Assembly: GCA_963836235.1 (NCBI GenBank)
Contig: CAWIIP010000002.1
Span: 832,001 to 896,000, forward strand
Direction: 5' to 3'
DNA from: an uncultured Pseudomonadota bacterium
GTDB lineage: Bacteria > Oederibacteriota > Muellerivitia > Muellerivitales > Muellerivitaceae
Length of the DNA: 64,000 nucleotides
The notes under the pieces are model-generated. The model had not been told where the DNA came from and searched no databases. It worked only from the letters and a program-made list of their open reading frames with translations. Below, piece by piece: positions 18,351 through 31,607 of the stretch. The stretch's first letter is position 1; each line of letters opens with the position of its first letter. The position numbers were made by a program, and so were the translations under genes.

Positions 18351-20512
18351 TTCGCCCCCCCGGGCAGGACCAGCGTGAAGCGGCTGCCCTTGCCCCACTC
18401 GCTCTCCACTTCGATCTTACCCCCCAACAGTTCAGCCAGGCGCCGGCAGATGGCCAGCCCCAGGCCGGTGCCCTCGTGCTGGCGGGTGAGCCCGGTGTCG
18501 ATTTGTTGGAAGGAGTGGAACAGTTTCCCCAGGTCCTCCCGCTTGATGCCCATGCCCGTGTCGGCCACCCAAAGGCGGGCTTGCCCTTCTTTTATGGAAG
18601 CCCCCAGGGTGACGGACCCTCGTGGGGTGAACTTGATGGCGTTGTTCAGGAGGTTCAGGAGCACCTGTTCGACCCGGCGTGGGTCGCTGACAAAGCTTCC
18701 GACCTCAGGGGCGATCTCCAGGCGCAATTCCAGCTGTTTTTTCGCCGCCAGGGGGCCAACCAGGGAAGCGGCCTTGCGCAGGGAGGCCAAAAGGTCGAAG
18801 GACTCGGGGAAAACCTCCATCTGGCCCGCCTCGATCTTCGAGATGTCCAGCACGTCGTTGATGAGCGCCAGCAGGTGCCGGGCGCTTTCCTGCGCCATGC
18901 CCAGCTGCTTTTTTTGCTCGGCGTTCAGGGGCCCGGCCAGTTCCTGCAAAATGAGGCCCGTGAAGCCGATGATGGAATTCAAAGGCGTACGAAGCTCGTG
19001 GGACATGGTGGCGAGGAAGGCGGATTTCAGCCGGTCGGCCGCCTCCGCCCGGTCCCGTTCGACGGCCAGTTCGGCGGTGCGCTCGGCCACGCGCTTTTCC
19101 AGGCCGGCGTTCAGCTCCCGCACCTCGTCCTCGGCGCGCTTGCGCCGCGTGATGTCGGTCCCGATACTCAGGATTTCCACCACCTCCCCCCGGCCGTCCC
19201 TTACGATCTTGTTGGTCCAGGCGATCCAAACCCGCTCGCCGTTGCGGCGGATGTTCTCGTTGACGCTCTGCTCAAAGGAGGCCGGATCGGCGAGGATCTG
19301 CTCCATAAGCTGGCTCAGGTCCCGCCCGCCGGTCTCCGAGGGGGGGACGATGGTCTCCATCACGTGCTTGCCCAAAATCTCCTCGGAGGAATAGCCGAAG
19401 AACTTCTGGCCGTACTCGTTGAGGAAGGTGAGCTTCCCTTCCCTCGTCCAGCGCAGGATGATGCTGTTGGCGTTCTCCACCAGTTCCCGGTACTTGCGCT
19501 CGTTCTCTTTCAGCCTTTCCTCGGACTGGCGGCGTTCGGTGATGTCGTGGACCACTCCGATCAGGTGGCGGCAGGCTCCCTTGGAGTCGTCCACGGGCAC
19601 GACCGTGACGTAACCGTACTTTTTCCCGATCGGGTACTCGGAAACTTCCTCCCAGGAGACGGACCTTTTGCTTTGGATGGCCTCCCGGTAATGGCCGAAG
19701 ACCAAGGCGTGGGCGGGCTCGGGGATCACCTTCGCGACGGACATCCCGACGATCTTTTCCATCGGGACTCCCGTCACGTCCAGGAAGCGTTGGTTGACCC
19801 AGGCGAAGCGGAAATCGCCGTCCGGCTCCACGGAAATGGAGAAGATGATGTCGGAAACATTGTTCAGGATGAGCGAGAGCCGGGTTTGGCTGTCGCGGAG
19901 GTTGTCCTCGAGCCGGGCGTGCTCGGCGGCGGTGCGAAGGGCGGTGATGCCGAAGGCAAGGTCGCCCGCCATCTCGGCCAAAAGCCCGATCTCGGCCTCG
20001 TCGAAGGCCTCGACCTGCAGGGAATAGATGGTCATGGCCCCGAAGATTTTTCCCCGGTCCGCGAGGGGCAAGGAAATGCAGGAAGCGTAGCCCCGGGCCT
20101 CGACTTCCTTGCGCCAGGGGACGAAGTCCGGGTCCTTGGTGATGTCGTGGATGAAAACCGGTTTCCCCGTGCGCACGGCGACCCCCGTGGGCCCCTTCCC
20201 GTGTTCCGTCTCATCCCATGTGATCTTGGTTCGGTAGAGAAAGCCGTCGGTGGGGCCCGCGTGGGCGATGGGGCGCACCTTTTTTTCCCCATTCTCCATC
20301 TCTGCGAAACCCACCCAGGCCATCCTATAGCTTCCCTTTTCCACCAGGATGCGGCAGATGGATTCCATCAGCTCGGTCTCATTGGTGGCTCGAAGAAGGG
20401 CTTGGTTACAACCGCTGATCAGGCGCAGGGTGCGGTTCTCACGGCCTAAAGCGGGGCCAACTCCTTCTTTCGGGTCGGCGGTTAAAGGTGTGGTCGGGGG
20501 TTTTCGGTCCAA
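18347..20512 (-). CDS. Cytoplasmic GAF-PAS-PAS histidine kinase
   Basis: GAF (YRMAWVG), two PAS/PAC domains (DITERR, DITRRK), MSHELRTPLN, GTGLGLAIC. Confidence 0.95.
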   Translation of the reverse strand: MDRKPPTTPLTADPKEGVGPALGRENRTLRLISGCNQALLRATNETELMESICRILVEKGSYRMAWVGFAEMENGEKKVRPIAHAGPTDGFLYRTKITWDETEHGKGPTGVAVRTGKPVFIHDITKDPDFVPWRKEVEARGYASCISLPLADRGKIFGAMTIYSLQVEAFDEAEIGLLAEMAGDLAFGITALRTAAEHARLEDNLRDSQTRLSLILNNVSDIIFSISVEPDGDFRFAWVNQRFLDVTGVPMEKIVGMSVAKVIPEPAHALVFGHYREAIQSKRSVSWEEVSEYPIGKKYGYVTVVPVDDSKGACRHLIGVVHDITERRQSEERLKENERKYRELVENANSIILRWTREGKLTFLNEYGQKFFGYSSEEILGKHVMETIVPPSETGGRDLSQLMEQILADPASFEQSVNENIRRNGERVWIAWTNKIVRDGRGEVVEILSIGTDITRRKRAEDEVRELNAGLEKRVAERTAELAVERDRAEAADRLKSAFLATMSHELRTPLNSIIGFTGLILQELAGPLNAEQKKQLGMAQESARHLLALINDVLDISKIEAGQMEVFPESFDLLASLRKAASLVGPLAAKKQLELRLEIAPEVGSFVSDPRRVEQVLLNLLNNAIKFTPRGSVTLGASIKEGQARLWVADTGMGIKREDLGKLFHSFQQIDTGLTRQHEGTGLGLAICRRLAELLGGKIEVESEWGKGSRFTLVLPGGAK

Positions 20513-20777
20513 AAGAATACACCTCGTACGGTTACGGTAGATGGAAAAACCGGGCCCTCGAATCCGCGCCGGACACCGGACATTTTACTTTCAAACCCGA
20601 AAATATCTTATAGGCAATTCCGCTGAAATCGTCTTCTATTCCACCCACCCCGGTTGGCGGGCCAAAAAAAGCTCAAGAACTGGCGTCTGCCAGTTTGCGC
20701 GTCATTGTGGGAAGGTTGATTTTTGACCGTGGAAGCGATCCAAAACAGTCCAAAAGCTGGGTTTTAGTGGGGACTTC

Positions 20778-21032
20778 AATAAAAAACCGCCACCCTGCTT
20801 CGCTTACAGGGGAAATGACCCCTGTATACCCCTTTCGAAAACCCTAAGGGGGCTCAGCCCCCTTAGAATCCCGAGGCCGGGAAATAAAAAAGCCCGCACC
20901 CTCGCTTCGCTCACAGGGGAATTTACCCCTGTGTACCCCATTCAAGAAAAACCATAGGGGAGCTCTGCTCCCCTATAACCCCCTGAGGGCGGGAAATAAA
21001 AAAGCCCCGCCCTCAGTTAAGAGAACGGGGCT
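20778..21032 (-). repeat. Tandem ~105-112 bp multi-hairpin units ending in U-tracts (terminator/REP composite) downstream of nrdJ
   Basis: AATAAAAAA(G)CC occurs three times. Units 1 and 2 share GCTTCGCT-ACAGGGG..CCCCTGT and TAGGGG..CCCCT hairpins. Confidence 0.8.
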
Positions 21033-21085
21033 TATCGGCCTGATTTTAAAACGCTCCTTTGTTCAAAAGGAACGGTGAAAGTCTA

Positions 21086-23866
<2,781 letters not shown>

Positions 23867-24107
23867 GCATCCTCCTTAAAATAATTTGAAGCCAAAAATT
23901 CCCGCCTGAGGTTAACTTAGGGTTAACTCAGTGTTGGAATCATGGGTTGTTGTGGATGTCGTTGTGAGTTCGTGTGGAGAGCAGGCGATAAGTAGTTGAG
24001 GCGAAGCGGACGGATCCCCCGGTTTAAATCCCCCCTTTTTTGGCGCTAGAACTTCTTCCCCATTCACACCAAAAAGGCCGACCAAATAGGGTTAAAATCG
24101 TTATTTA

Positions 24108-24160
24108 ACACCACATTTAGTTGACGATCCGTTTATATACCCCCAGCGGTAGGCTGTCAA
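24108..24160 (-). promoter_or_regulatory. nrdJ sigma70 promoter with an NrdR box
   Basis: TTGACA (24160-24155), N17, TATAAA (24137-24132). ACACCACATTTAGTTG at 24108-24123 fits the NrdR consensus; a weaker box lies 32 bp away at 24140. Confidence 0.75.
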
Positions 24161-24204
24161 AGGAATTATTACTAATTTTTCTACAAAGTCATACCTAACA
24201 GCTT

Positions 24205-24330
24205 TTGAACCACGAAGGCACAAAGGGCAACAAGGGAAGCAAAAGATTAGAAAGTTATTAAGAATAATCATGAATGTTTTCCGTGATTTCCAGGGTCTTT
24301 CTTAGTGCCCTTCGTGTCTTCGTGGTTCAA
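24205..24330. repeat. REP/MITE-like inverted repeat (AACC-RCCAAG family)
   Basis: TTGAACCACGAAGGCACAAAGGGCA ... TGCCCTTCGTGTCTTCGTGGTTCAA. Confidence 0.85.
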
Positions 24331-24403
24331 TAGGTTTTTCTTCGTCTTTAGTTGACGCCCTCCCCTTTCAGTTCCGCCACCAAAGTTTTTGGACCTTCGG
24401 TCA

Positions 24404-25528
24404 TTAAACGTTGGTCCCAAGGAAGGTTCTTCGGATAATTCGATTCGCGGGCATCTCAAAAAAGTGGTAAGAAAGGGCGGCCAAAGCAACCGTGGCCGCT
24501 GTAAAAAGCGCGAAGGCCATCCACGCGTTCATGCGAAAAATTAAGGGAAACATCACCGCTAAAACCATGGGATGAAACAAGTAACTGCCATAACAATATT
24601 TTCCGGGCAAGCCCAAGGGTTTCCAAAATTTTGATTCGAAAAAGGAAAGATGAAGGCCGCCTAACAAAAATGTAAAAAGACCCAAGTCAAGGAGGCTTGA
24701 GGCGTAAACCCTGTCGCTCTCAACGTCCTGGGAAGTTCCCAAATATATTCCGGTCACCAACGCGAAGCCAGCGGCACAAAGAAGATAACTTATTTTTTTA
24801 TTCTTTATCAAATAAGCCTTCCATCGGTCCACGGCCAAGTAAAGGAAAACTCCGGCGGCGATATTGTCAAAGGCCCCTGGAGAACCGCATATCTGCATAT
24901 ACCGGTTGGAATGAAAAAAGTAGCAGCCCAACCGCCAAAGAAAACCAATGGCCATCACAAAAAATAAAAAACGGCAAAGATTTTTAACGTTTCCTAATCT
25001 TTTCAAAGCCTGAGGAAAAAGAAAATAAAACTGTTCCTCAATCGATAAGGACCAAAGTAAACCAAAATGCAAACCATAATTGATAAAGGGATTAAATGCC
25101 CGAAACCAGTTGAAAGTGAAGGTGAAAAGGCAAATCCAAAATCCCGGACCCAAGTAACCATGATCGGGCCGGAAAACATCAATATCGCTGTCGTTCGAAC
25201 CCCTTGGGATCCATAGCATTAAAATCCCAATCCAAAGGGTGAGACCCAACAGGGGAAAAATGCGGCCCGCCCTTTGGATGTAAAATTCCCGAAGTGAGGG
25301 ATTCCAAAGTGATCCCTGATTTTTCGCGATGACTCCCGCGATGAGGAAACCCGAAACCATAAAAAAACAATAAACCCCGTAGGTGCCATTTCTCCTAAAA
25401 TGTTCCCACAACCAGTAGCTCCAGGTATTTTCGGGTTTACGCAGAAGAACTTGTTCATCCTCATGGACGGCCAGCACCACGATAATGGAAAAAGTCCGAA
25501 CCAGATCAATCAGGGGGAATTTCTTCAA
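24404..25528 (-). CDS. Acyltransferase family 3 (OafA-like) membrane O-acyltransferase
   Basis: FFMVSGFLI, RAGRIFP, WSLSIEEQFY, SYHFFEMP. Confidence 0.92.
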   Translation of the reverse strand: MKKFPLIDLVRTFSIIVVLAVHEDEQVLLRKPENTWSYWLWEHFRRNGTYGVYCFFMVSGFLIAGVIAKNQGSLWNPSLREFYIQRAGRIFPLLGLTLWIGILMLWIPRGSNDSDIDVFRPDHGYLGPGFWICLFTFTFNWFRAFNPFINYGLHFGLLWSLSIEEQFYFLFPQALKRLGNVKNLCRFLFFVMAIGFLWRLGCYFFHSNRYMQICGSPGAFDNIAAGVFLYLAVDRWKAYLIKNKKISYLLCAAGFALVTGIYLGTSQDVESDRVYASSLLDLGLFTFLLGGLHLSFFESKFWKPLGLPGKYCYGSYLFHPMVLAVMFPLIFRMNAWMAFALFTAATVALAALSYHFFEMPANRIIRRTFLGTNV

Positions 25529-25639
25529 TGGCGCTTGACCTTTACTCCGAATGCTTTTCTTTTAAAAAAGCCGACATTCCATTGAGTTCCAAAAGAGGTC
25601 GGTATGGCGTCTTGGTGGTTCAACCGATTTTCGGGGTGG

Positions 25640-26950
25640 TTATACGCCCTTCCCTTTTAGTTCCGCCGCCAATGACTCGAAACCCTTTTTGCCCAAAAGC
25701 GCGAACATGTTTTTCTTGTAAGCCTCCACGCCGGGCTGGTCGAAAGGATTGATGCCCAAGAGGGTTCCGGAAATGCCGCAGGCCATCTCGAAGAAATAAT
25801 AAAGGTACCCCAATGAATATTCCGAAAGTTCGTCGAGGGTCAGGCGGATAACGGGAAGCCCGCCGTCCCGGTGCGCCAAGGCGGTGGCCTTCATGGCTTG
25901 CTCGTTCACCCAGGAAAGTTTTTTGCCCGCCAGGAAATTCAATCCCTCGCGGTCGTCCTTGTCCTTGGGGATGGCAATGTCTTTTTCTTCCGACTTCACC
26001 CACAAAATAGTCTCCATCAAATTGCGCTGGCCCTCCTGCAGATACTGTCCCATGCTGTGCAGGTCGGTCGTCAGATCCACGCTGGCCGGGAACAAGCCCT
26101 TCCCTTCCTTGCCTTCGGACTCGCCGTAAAGCTGTTTCCACCATTCGCTCACGTAATGCAGTTCGGGACGGAAATTGGCCAACACCTCGGTCACTTTCCC
26201 CTTTTGGGAGAGCAGGTAACGGGCCGCCGCGTAACGGGCCGCGAGGTTCGTGGACAGGTTGGAGGATTTCATTTCCTTGGCCGCGTCCTGCGCGCCTTTC
26301 AGGAGCTCGGCGATGTTGAACCCCGCCACGGCGATGGGCAGAAGCCCCACCGGAGTCAGCACCGAGTAGCGCCCACCCACGTCGTCGGGAATCACGAAGG
26401 TCTTATAGCCTTCGGCGTCCGCCATGCCCTTGAGAGCCCCCTTGGATTGGTCCGTCACCGCCACGATGCGGCCCTTGGCCTTCTTTTTTCCCACGGCCTT
26501 TTCCACCCAGGTTTTCAAAACACGGAAAGCCACCGCCGGCTCCGTGGTGGTGCCGGATTTGGAAATGACGACGATTCCCGTTTTCTTCGGGTTCAAATCC
26601 TTCATCAGCTTTTGGAAAAAAGTGGGCGAGAGATGGTTGCCCGCGTAGTGGATCTTGTCGGAGCCGCCGAGCGCCTCGATGGTGGCCTTGATGCCGAGAT
26701 AGGAACCGCCGATGCCTACCGACACCACGGATTCGCAAGCGGCGAATTGTTTGGCGGCCTTTTTCAAGTCGGCCAATTGCTTTTGGGCGGTGAAGGGCAG
26801 TTCGATCCAGCCCCGGTAGTCGGACCCCCGCCCCGTCCCTTCCAGGAGGGACTTCAAGGCGTTCTCCACGGGCGGCGCAAGGAAGGCGATGTCGGCTTCG
26901 GAAACCAGGTCAGAAATGTAGGACAAATCGAGCGAAAGCGGTGAAGGCAT
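25640..26950 (-). CDS. pgi: Glucose-6-phosphate isomerase
   Basis: GIGGSYLG, SKSGTTTE, DDVGGRYSVLT, QLYGESEGK, NPFDQPGVEAYK. Confidence 0.96.
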   Translation of the reverse strand: MPSPLSLDLSYISDLVSEADIAFLAPPVENALKSLLEGTGRGSDYRGWIELPFTAQKQLADLKKAAKQFAACESVVSVGIGGSYLGIKATIEALGGSDKIHYAGNHLSPTFFQKLMKDLNPKKTGIVVISKSGTTTEPAVAFRVLKTWVEKAVGKKKAKGRIVAVTDQSKGALKGMADAEGYKTFVIPDDVGGRYSVLTPVGLLPIAVAGFNIAELLKGAQDAAKEMKSSNLSTNLAARYAAARYLLSQKGKVTEVLANFRPELHYVSEWWKQLYGESEGKEGKGLFPASVDLTTDLHSMGQYLQEGQRNLMETILWVKSEEKDIAIPKDKDDREGLNFLAGKKLSWVNEQAMKATALAHRDGGLPVIRLTLDELSEYSLGYLYYFFEMACGISGTLLGINPFDQPGVEAYKKNMFALLGKKGFESLAAELKGKGV

Positions 26951-27075
26951 GGGAGGCTCCTTGAAAAAAATGATTTCACCACAGAGTACACAGAGCGTGA
27001 AAACAAAACAAACCCCGAAACCGAAAAATCTTAAGGCTTAATCGGTAGCTTCGGGGCGAAAATTTCTTTGATTTT

Positions 27076-28803
27076 TCAGCGGATTTTGAACTTCTCGACC
27101 ATGGATTTCAATTCCTGGGACAGGGCCGCCAGTTCCTTGAAGGTGGCGTTGATCTGCTCCATGCTGGCGGACTGTTCCTCGGTGGAGGCCGAGACTTCCT
27201 CGGTGGAGGCGGCCGATTCCTCGGAAACCGCGTTGATATCCTGGATGCTGTGGACGATCTGGGTGAAGCGCAGACCCTGGGCATTGATCATTTCGGTGAT
27301 TTTTTTACTGTGTCCCACCACGTTTTCGATGACCGTCACTATCCCGTCCAGCGCGCCTTCCATTTGATGGATGCCTTCCTTGCCAACCTGGGCCTCGGCG
27401 GAGCTTTTTTCCATGGATTTGATGACGGCGCTGGTTTCGTCCTGCATTTCCTGCACCAAGGTGGTGATGTCCCCGACCGCCTTGCGGGAGCCGTCCGCCA
27501 GGTTGCGGATCTCATCCGCCACGATCGTGAAGCCCCGCCCCTGTTCCCCGGCGCGGGCCGCCTCGATGGCGGCGTTGAGCGAAAGGAGGTTGGTTTGTTC
27601 GGCGATGTTGGAAATGATCTCCACCACCACGCCCACCTCTTTGCTTTTGAGGCCCAAATGCCCCACCATTTTTGAGTTCTCGAGGATGATACCGTTGAGT
27701 TCCACCATCTTGTCGATCGTGCCCCGGGCCAAGCGGCCGCCCACTTTGGCCGTTTGCGTGGCCTGGTCCACCGCTTTCGATGTCTCGTGGGCCTTCATTT
27801 CCACTTCCTTCATCGTCTCCTGGACTTCCTGCATCAGTTGGTTGACCTCGTTGATCTTGCTGGCTTGCTCCTCGGCCCCCTTGGAGATTTGCTGGATGGT
27901 GGTGGTCACATCCTCGCTCATGGCGGAGACTTCGGCGGTGGAATGGGTCATGCTTTGGACCTGCTCGGAAAGGTGCTGGGAGTTATCCAAGACCCTCAAA
28001 AGCATGGTCTGGAGCATGTCGGCGAAGGAATTAAAGGCCTTGGCCACTTCCCCGATCTCATCGTCGCTATGCACCTCCACGCGTTTCGTCAGGTCCCCGT
28101 TCCCCTTGACGATGTCTCGGATACGGTCCGACACCTGCCTTAAGGGATGGGCGATGTAATGCTGGAGCAGCATGACCGCCAGGATGGAAATCACCAGGGC
28201 CCCGGCCAGGGCCACGGAGGCGATCCAAAGGTAGGAGGACCGGAAGTCTTTGCGGTGGGCCTCGACCATTTCCTTGCTGCGGTTCAACTCATAGTCCAGG
28301 AACTGCTGGACGCTGTAACCCACGGGCTCGACGGAGGGGTAAAGCCGCTGGGCCAGGGATTGCAGCCCTTCCTTGTCTTTTTTCCGGATGATGGGTTCCA
28401 ATTCCTTCACGATAGCGTTGGCGGAGTCCATCTTGCTGGAAACATCGTCCAGCAATTGTTTCTCGTCGGCGTCCATGGGCGAGGTCTCCAGGGGCTCGAT
28501 ATTTTCCTTGATGGTCTTTTGGATAACTTTTAGTTGGCTTCCGGCCAGGTTCCAGGGATAGACCCCTAAGGTCAGCTTATGGACCAGGGACACGATGCTT
28601 TTGGAATAGGCGTTGGAAAGATTGACGGCCATGATGGTCTTGGAATTGGTTTCCTCGTAGATGTCTTGGACGCCTTTCGAGGCCCGAGTCGCGAAAAAAT
28701 ACCCCAAGCAGACGATCAAGACCATGACCGCGGAAAAAATTCCCACGCTCAGCACGAGACGGTGCCTTAATTTCAGCGATTTTCGGGTTGATGAATCCGG
28801 CAT
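27076..28803 (-). CDS. Methyl-accepting chemotaxis protein (helical periplasmic domain, HAMP)
   Basis: Two TM helices, [36 protein letters not shown]. Confidence 0.95.
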   Translation of the reverse strand: MPDSSTRKSLKLRHRLVLSVGIFSAVMVLIVCLGYFFATRASKGVQDIYEETNSKTIMAVNLSNAYSKSIVSLVHKLTLGVYPWNLAGSQLKVIQKTIKENIEPLETSPMDADEKQLLDDVSSKMDSANAIVKELEPIIRKKDKEGLQSLAQRLYPSVEPVGYSVQQFLDYELNRSKEMVEAHRKDFRSSYLWIASVALAGALVISILAVMLLQHYIAHPLRQVSDRIRDIVKGNGDLTKRVEVHSDDEIGEVAKAFNSFADMLQTMLLRVLDNSQHLSEQVQSMTHSTAEVSAMSEDVTTTIQQISKGAEEQASKINEVNQLMQEVQETMKEVEMKAHETSKAVDQATQTAKVGGRLARGTIDKMVELNGIILENSKMVGHLGLKSKEVGVVVEIISNIAEQTNLLSLNAAIEAARAGEQGRGFTIVADEIRNLADGSRKAVGDITTLVQEMQDETSAVIKSMEKSSAEAQVGKEGIHQMEGALDGIVTVIENVVGHSKKITEMINAQGLRFTQIVHSIQDINAVSEESAASTEEVSASTEEQSASMEQINATFKELAALSQELKSMVEKFKIR

Positions 28804-28889
28804 TGCTTTCCTTTATTTCTTATGGAGGATGGGGGATTTTAAAATCCCCCGGTCTTCAACAGGATTGGGACGAAGCCATTCGGGACGGC

Positions 28890-30137
28890 TTATTGGACCT
28901 CCGTCCAATCTTTCAAGGGCACCCATTGGCCATTTTGAACTGTGGTGAAAAAAACCTGGTTGGAAGCTTGGTGGTTGGTCGCGGAGAAGGACAGGGGGCC
29001 GCCCGTTCCCATCTCCTGGCCCTTCATGGACTCCGCGGCTTTCACGAAGGAATCCCGGGTTAAATCGACGGGGGTCTTTTTGAGGATGGCCACGAAAAGT
29101 TTCGCGTTGAGGTACCCTTCCAGGGACCCGAAGCTGTACTTGGCCGGCTTGTAATTGGGATCTTGCAGGTCGGCCGGAAGCTTGGGGTCGTAAAGGTCCA
29201 TCATGGCGCTGTATTCCTGGACCAGGGGGTTGGAGGTGTCGTACCAGGAGGGAACGACTTGCGAGTTCACCAGATGGGCCGTCAACTTCTTGCCCGATAC
29301 TTTTTCTTCCACCACTAGTTTGCTCAAAAGTTGGTCGGCTCCGACGAAGGAGAGGTTGGCGATCGGCACGTTCCAATCGGCGCCGCGGGCGTCGCGGATA
29401 AAGGCCGCGCACTGGTTATAGGCGCCCACCGCGATGACCGCTTGCGCTCCCGCGGCTTTTAGGGCCGACACTTGTTGGTCCATGCGGGTGATATAGGGGA
29501 CGTTGCGCTCATAGGTGGTTTCCGCCACGATGGTCATGCCCTTGGCCTTTAGGGCCCGGTTGATCCCATCCGCACCGGATTTTCCGTAGGCGTCGTTTTG
29601 GATGAAGGTTCCGATTTTCGTCAGGCCCAGTTTCACGAAATTCTTGACGATAGCGGCCGTTTCCTGGCGGTAGGAAGCCCTCACGTTGAAAACCAACTTA
29701 TCGTAGGGGGCCTCGCGCTGGGGCTGGGCGCCTGTGAAATCGGAAAAAAGGAAAATACCCTCCGACTCGTGTTCCTTGAGGGCGGGAAGGGCCTTCACCA
29801 GGGTGGGGGTCCCCACGTAACCGAAAAGGGCGAAAACCTTATCCTCGGTGATCAGCCGCGTGGTATTGGCCAGGGTCGTATCCCCCTCATAACCGTCGTC
29901 CAAGCTGGTCACGCGGATTTGGTGACCGTTGACACCGCCCTCGGAATTGGTTTTCTCGAAATAAGCCTGGGCGCCTCGCCAGAGTTCCGTTCCCAAGCCG
30001 GCCGCCGGGCCTTTAAAAGCCGCGGACTGGCCCAATAGGATTTCGGTGGGGGTAACGCCGTTTTCCGCCCGGGCGGCAAGGGGGAAGAGCAACCCAAGGG
30101 AAATCCACAGCATCATTTTCCATTTTAAGCGGAACAT
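28890..30137 (-). CDS. Periplasmic substrate-binding protein (LivJ/branched-chain type)
   Basis: GQSAAFKG, GGVNG..I...DDGY, VRASYRQE. Confidence 0.9.
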   Translation of the reverse strand: MFRLKWKMMLWISLGLLFPLAARAENGVTPTEILLGQSAAFKGPAAGLGTELWRGAQAYFEKTNSEGGVNGHQIRVTSLDDGYEGDTTLANTTRLITEDKVFALFGYVGTPTLVKALPALKEHESEGIFLFSDFTGAQPQREAPYDKLVFNVRASYRQETAAIVKNFVKLGLTKIGTFIQNDAYGKSGADGINRALKAKGMTIVAETTYERNVPYITRMDQQVSALKAAGAQAVIAVGAYNQCAAFIRDARGADWNVPIANLSFVGADQLLSKLVVEEKVSGKKLTAHLVNSQVVPSWYDTSNPLVQEYSAMMDLYDPKLPADLQDPNYKPAKYSFGSLEGYLNAKLFVAILKKTPVDLTRDSFVKAAESMKGQEMGTGGPLSFSATNHQASNQVFFTTVQNGQWVPLKDWTEVQ

Positions 30138-30272
30138 AAAGCCACCTCCTTTTAAAGTTCAATCGATAAAAAGATTAAGGCGCGGAATTTTCAGAACCAA
30201 AACCCTGAAAGGCGACTTATTTTAACCCGAACCGCTGTTTTTATCTCTTTTAATAAAAACACCGAAATGGGG

Positions 30273-31490
30273 CTATCCCCTTTTATTTTGTGGGGAAAGG
30301 GAGGACTTCGGGGGACCGCTTTGGGCGTCATCGTCTTCCAGGAAAGAAGACATCATTCTCAAACCATTAATGATGGCGGGAAAAGCCTGGACCAGTTGTT
30401 GGGCCTGCTCGCCCTTGTTGGAATGGCCGAAACTGAAACGAAGGCCCTGTTTGGCCTCTCTGGGCGAACGCCCCATGGCGATTAAAACGTGGGAAGGCGG
30501 CGCCGAGCCCGCCGCGCAGGCCGCTCCGGAGGAAACGGCGAAACCCTTAGCGTCCAAACTATGGACCAGGTTCTCTCCTTCGATGCCCGGAAAGGTGATG
30601 TTCAGCAGGCCCGGCACCCGTTGGGCCGATTTCTCGGGGCCGTTCACCTTGAGGTCCGGGAATGTTTTCTTCAAATCCTCCAGGAAGAGGTCCGTCATCA
30701 CCTGGAGGCGCTGCCTCTCGGTGGTTTCACCGCAGATGCGCTTGGCCGCTTCGCCCAAACCCACGATGCCCGCCACGTTTTCCGTGCCGCCCCGCCGGTC
30801 CCGTTCCTGGCCGCCCCCATGGATCAAGGGGACCATCTCCAACCCCTTGCGCTGGTAGACGAACCCCACGCCCTTCGGCCCATAAATTTTATGCCCTGAC
30901 ACCGACAGGAAATCGATATGGTCCTTTTGGACGTCGATGGGAATTTTGCCGTAACCCTGGACGGCGTCAGTGTGGAAGAGGATGCCTTGTTCCCGGGCCA
31001 TCCGGCCGATTTCCTGGAAAGGCTCGATCGTGCCCACCTCGTTGTTGGCGGCCATGATGGAAATAAGCCCGGTCTCGCCGGGACGGACGGCCTTTTGGAC
31101 GTCCTTCGGGTCGATCCAACCTTCCGAATTGACCGGAACCTCGGTCACGGCCATACCCTGGTTCGTCAGCCACTCGGAGCATTCCAGCACGCAATGATGT
31201 TCCACCGAGGAGATGACGATATGCCGGGCCTTGCCGTGGAAAGCCCAGGTGACGCCCTTGTGGACGGTGTTGACGCTCTCGGTGCCGCCGCTGGTGAAGA
31301 GAATCTCGCGGGGGTCGGCGTTCAGGGTTTCTGCGATTTTTTCCCGGGCCCGCTCGATGGCGTTGCGGGTTTCCCGGCCCGCGGCGTGCACGCTGGAGGG
31401 ATTGCCGAAGTCTTCCCTTAAATAGGGCATCATGGCTTCGAGAACTTTTTCATCCAGGGGGGTTGAGGCGGCGTGGTCGAAATAAAACAT
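30273..31490 (-). CDS. iscS: Cysteine desulfurase, IscS/NifS group
   Basis: YFDHAAST, GNPSS, TSGGTES, HTDAVQ, SGHKIYGPKG, SSGAAC. Confidence 0.9.
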   Translation of the reverse strand: MFYFDHAASTPLDEKVLEAMMPYLREDFGNPSSVHAAGRETRNAIERAREKIAETLNADPREILFTSGGTESVNTVHKGVTWAFHGKARHIVISSVEHHCVLECSEWLTNQGMAVTEVPVNSEGWIDPKDVQKAVRPGETGLISIMAANNEVGTIEPFQEIGRMAREQGILFHTDAVQGYGKIPIDVQKDHIDFLSVSGHKIYGPKGVGFVYQRKGLEMVPLIHGGGQERDRRGGTENVAGIVGLGEAAKRICGETTERQRLQVMTDLFLEDLKKTFPDLKVNGPEKSAQRVPGLLNITFPGIEGENLVHSLDAKGFAVSSGAACAAGSAPPSHVLIAMGRSPREAKQGLRFSFGHSNKGEQAQQLVQAFPAIINGLRMMSSFLEDDDAQSGPPKSSLSPQNKRG

Positions 31491-31607
31491 GGGAATCCTT
31501 GAGGAGTGATCAGGCCTTAGTTTAACACGGGGAAAGCCCTGTCGATAGCCGGAAGGTGAAAGGGAATGTATAGGAAGCTCGACCTGGAGCAGTCTTCATT
31601 TCCCGGC

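Noticed and set aside
20778-21032. CRISPR array
   Set aside because: Units exceed 100 bp and are similar throughout, with no unique spacers and no cas genes.
23867-24125. Cobalamin riboswitch upstream of nrdJ
   Set aside because: No recognisable B12 box or conserved core.
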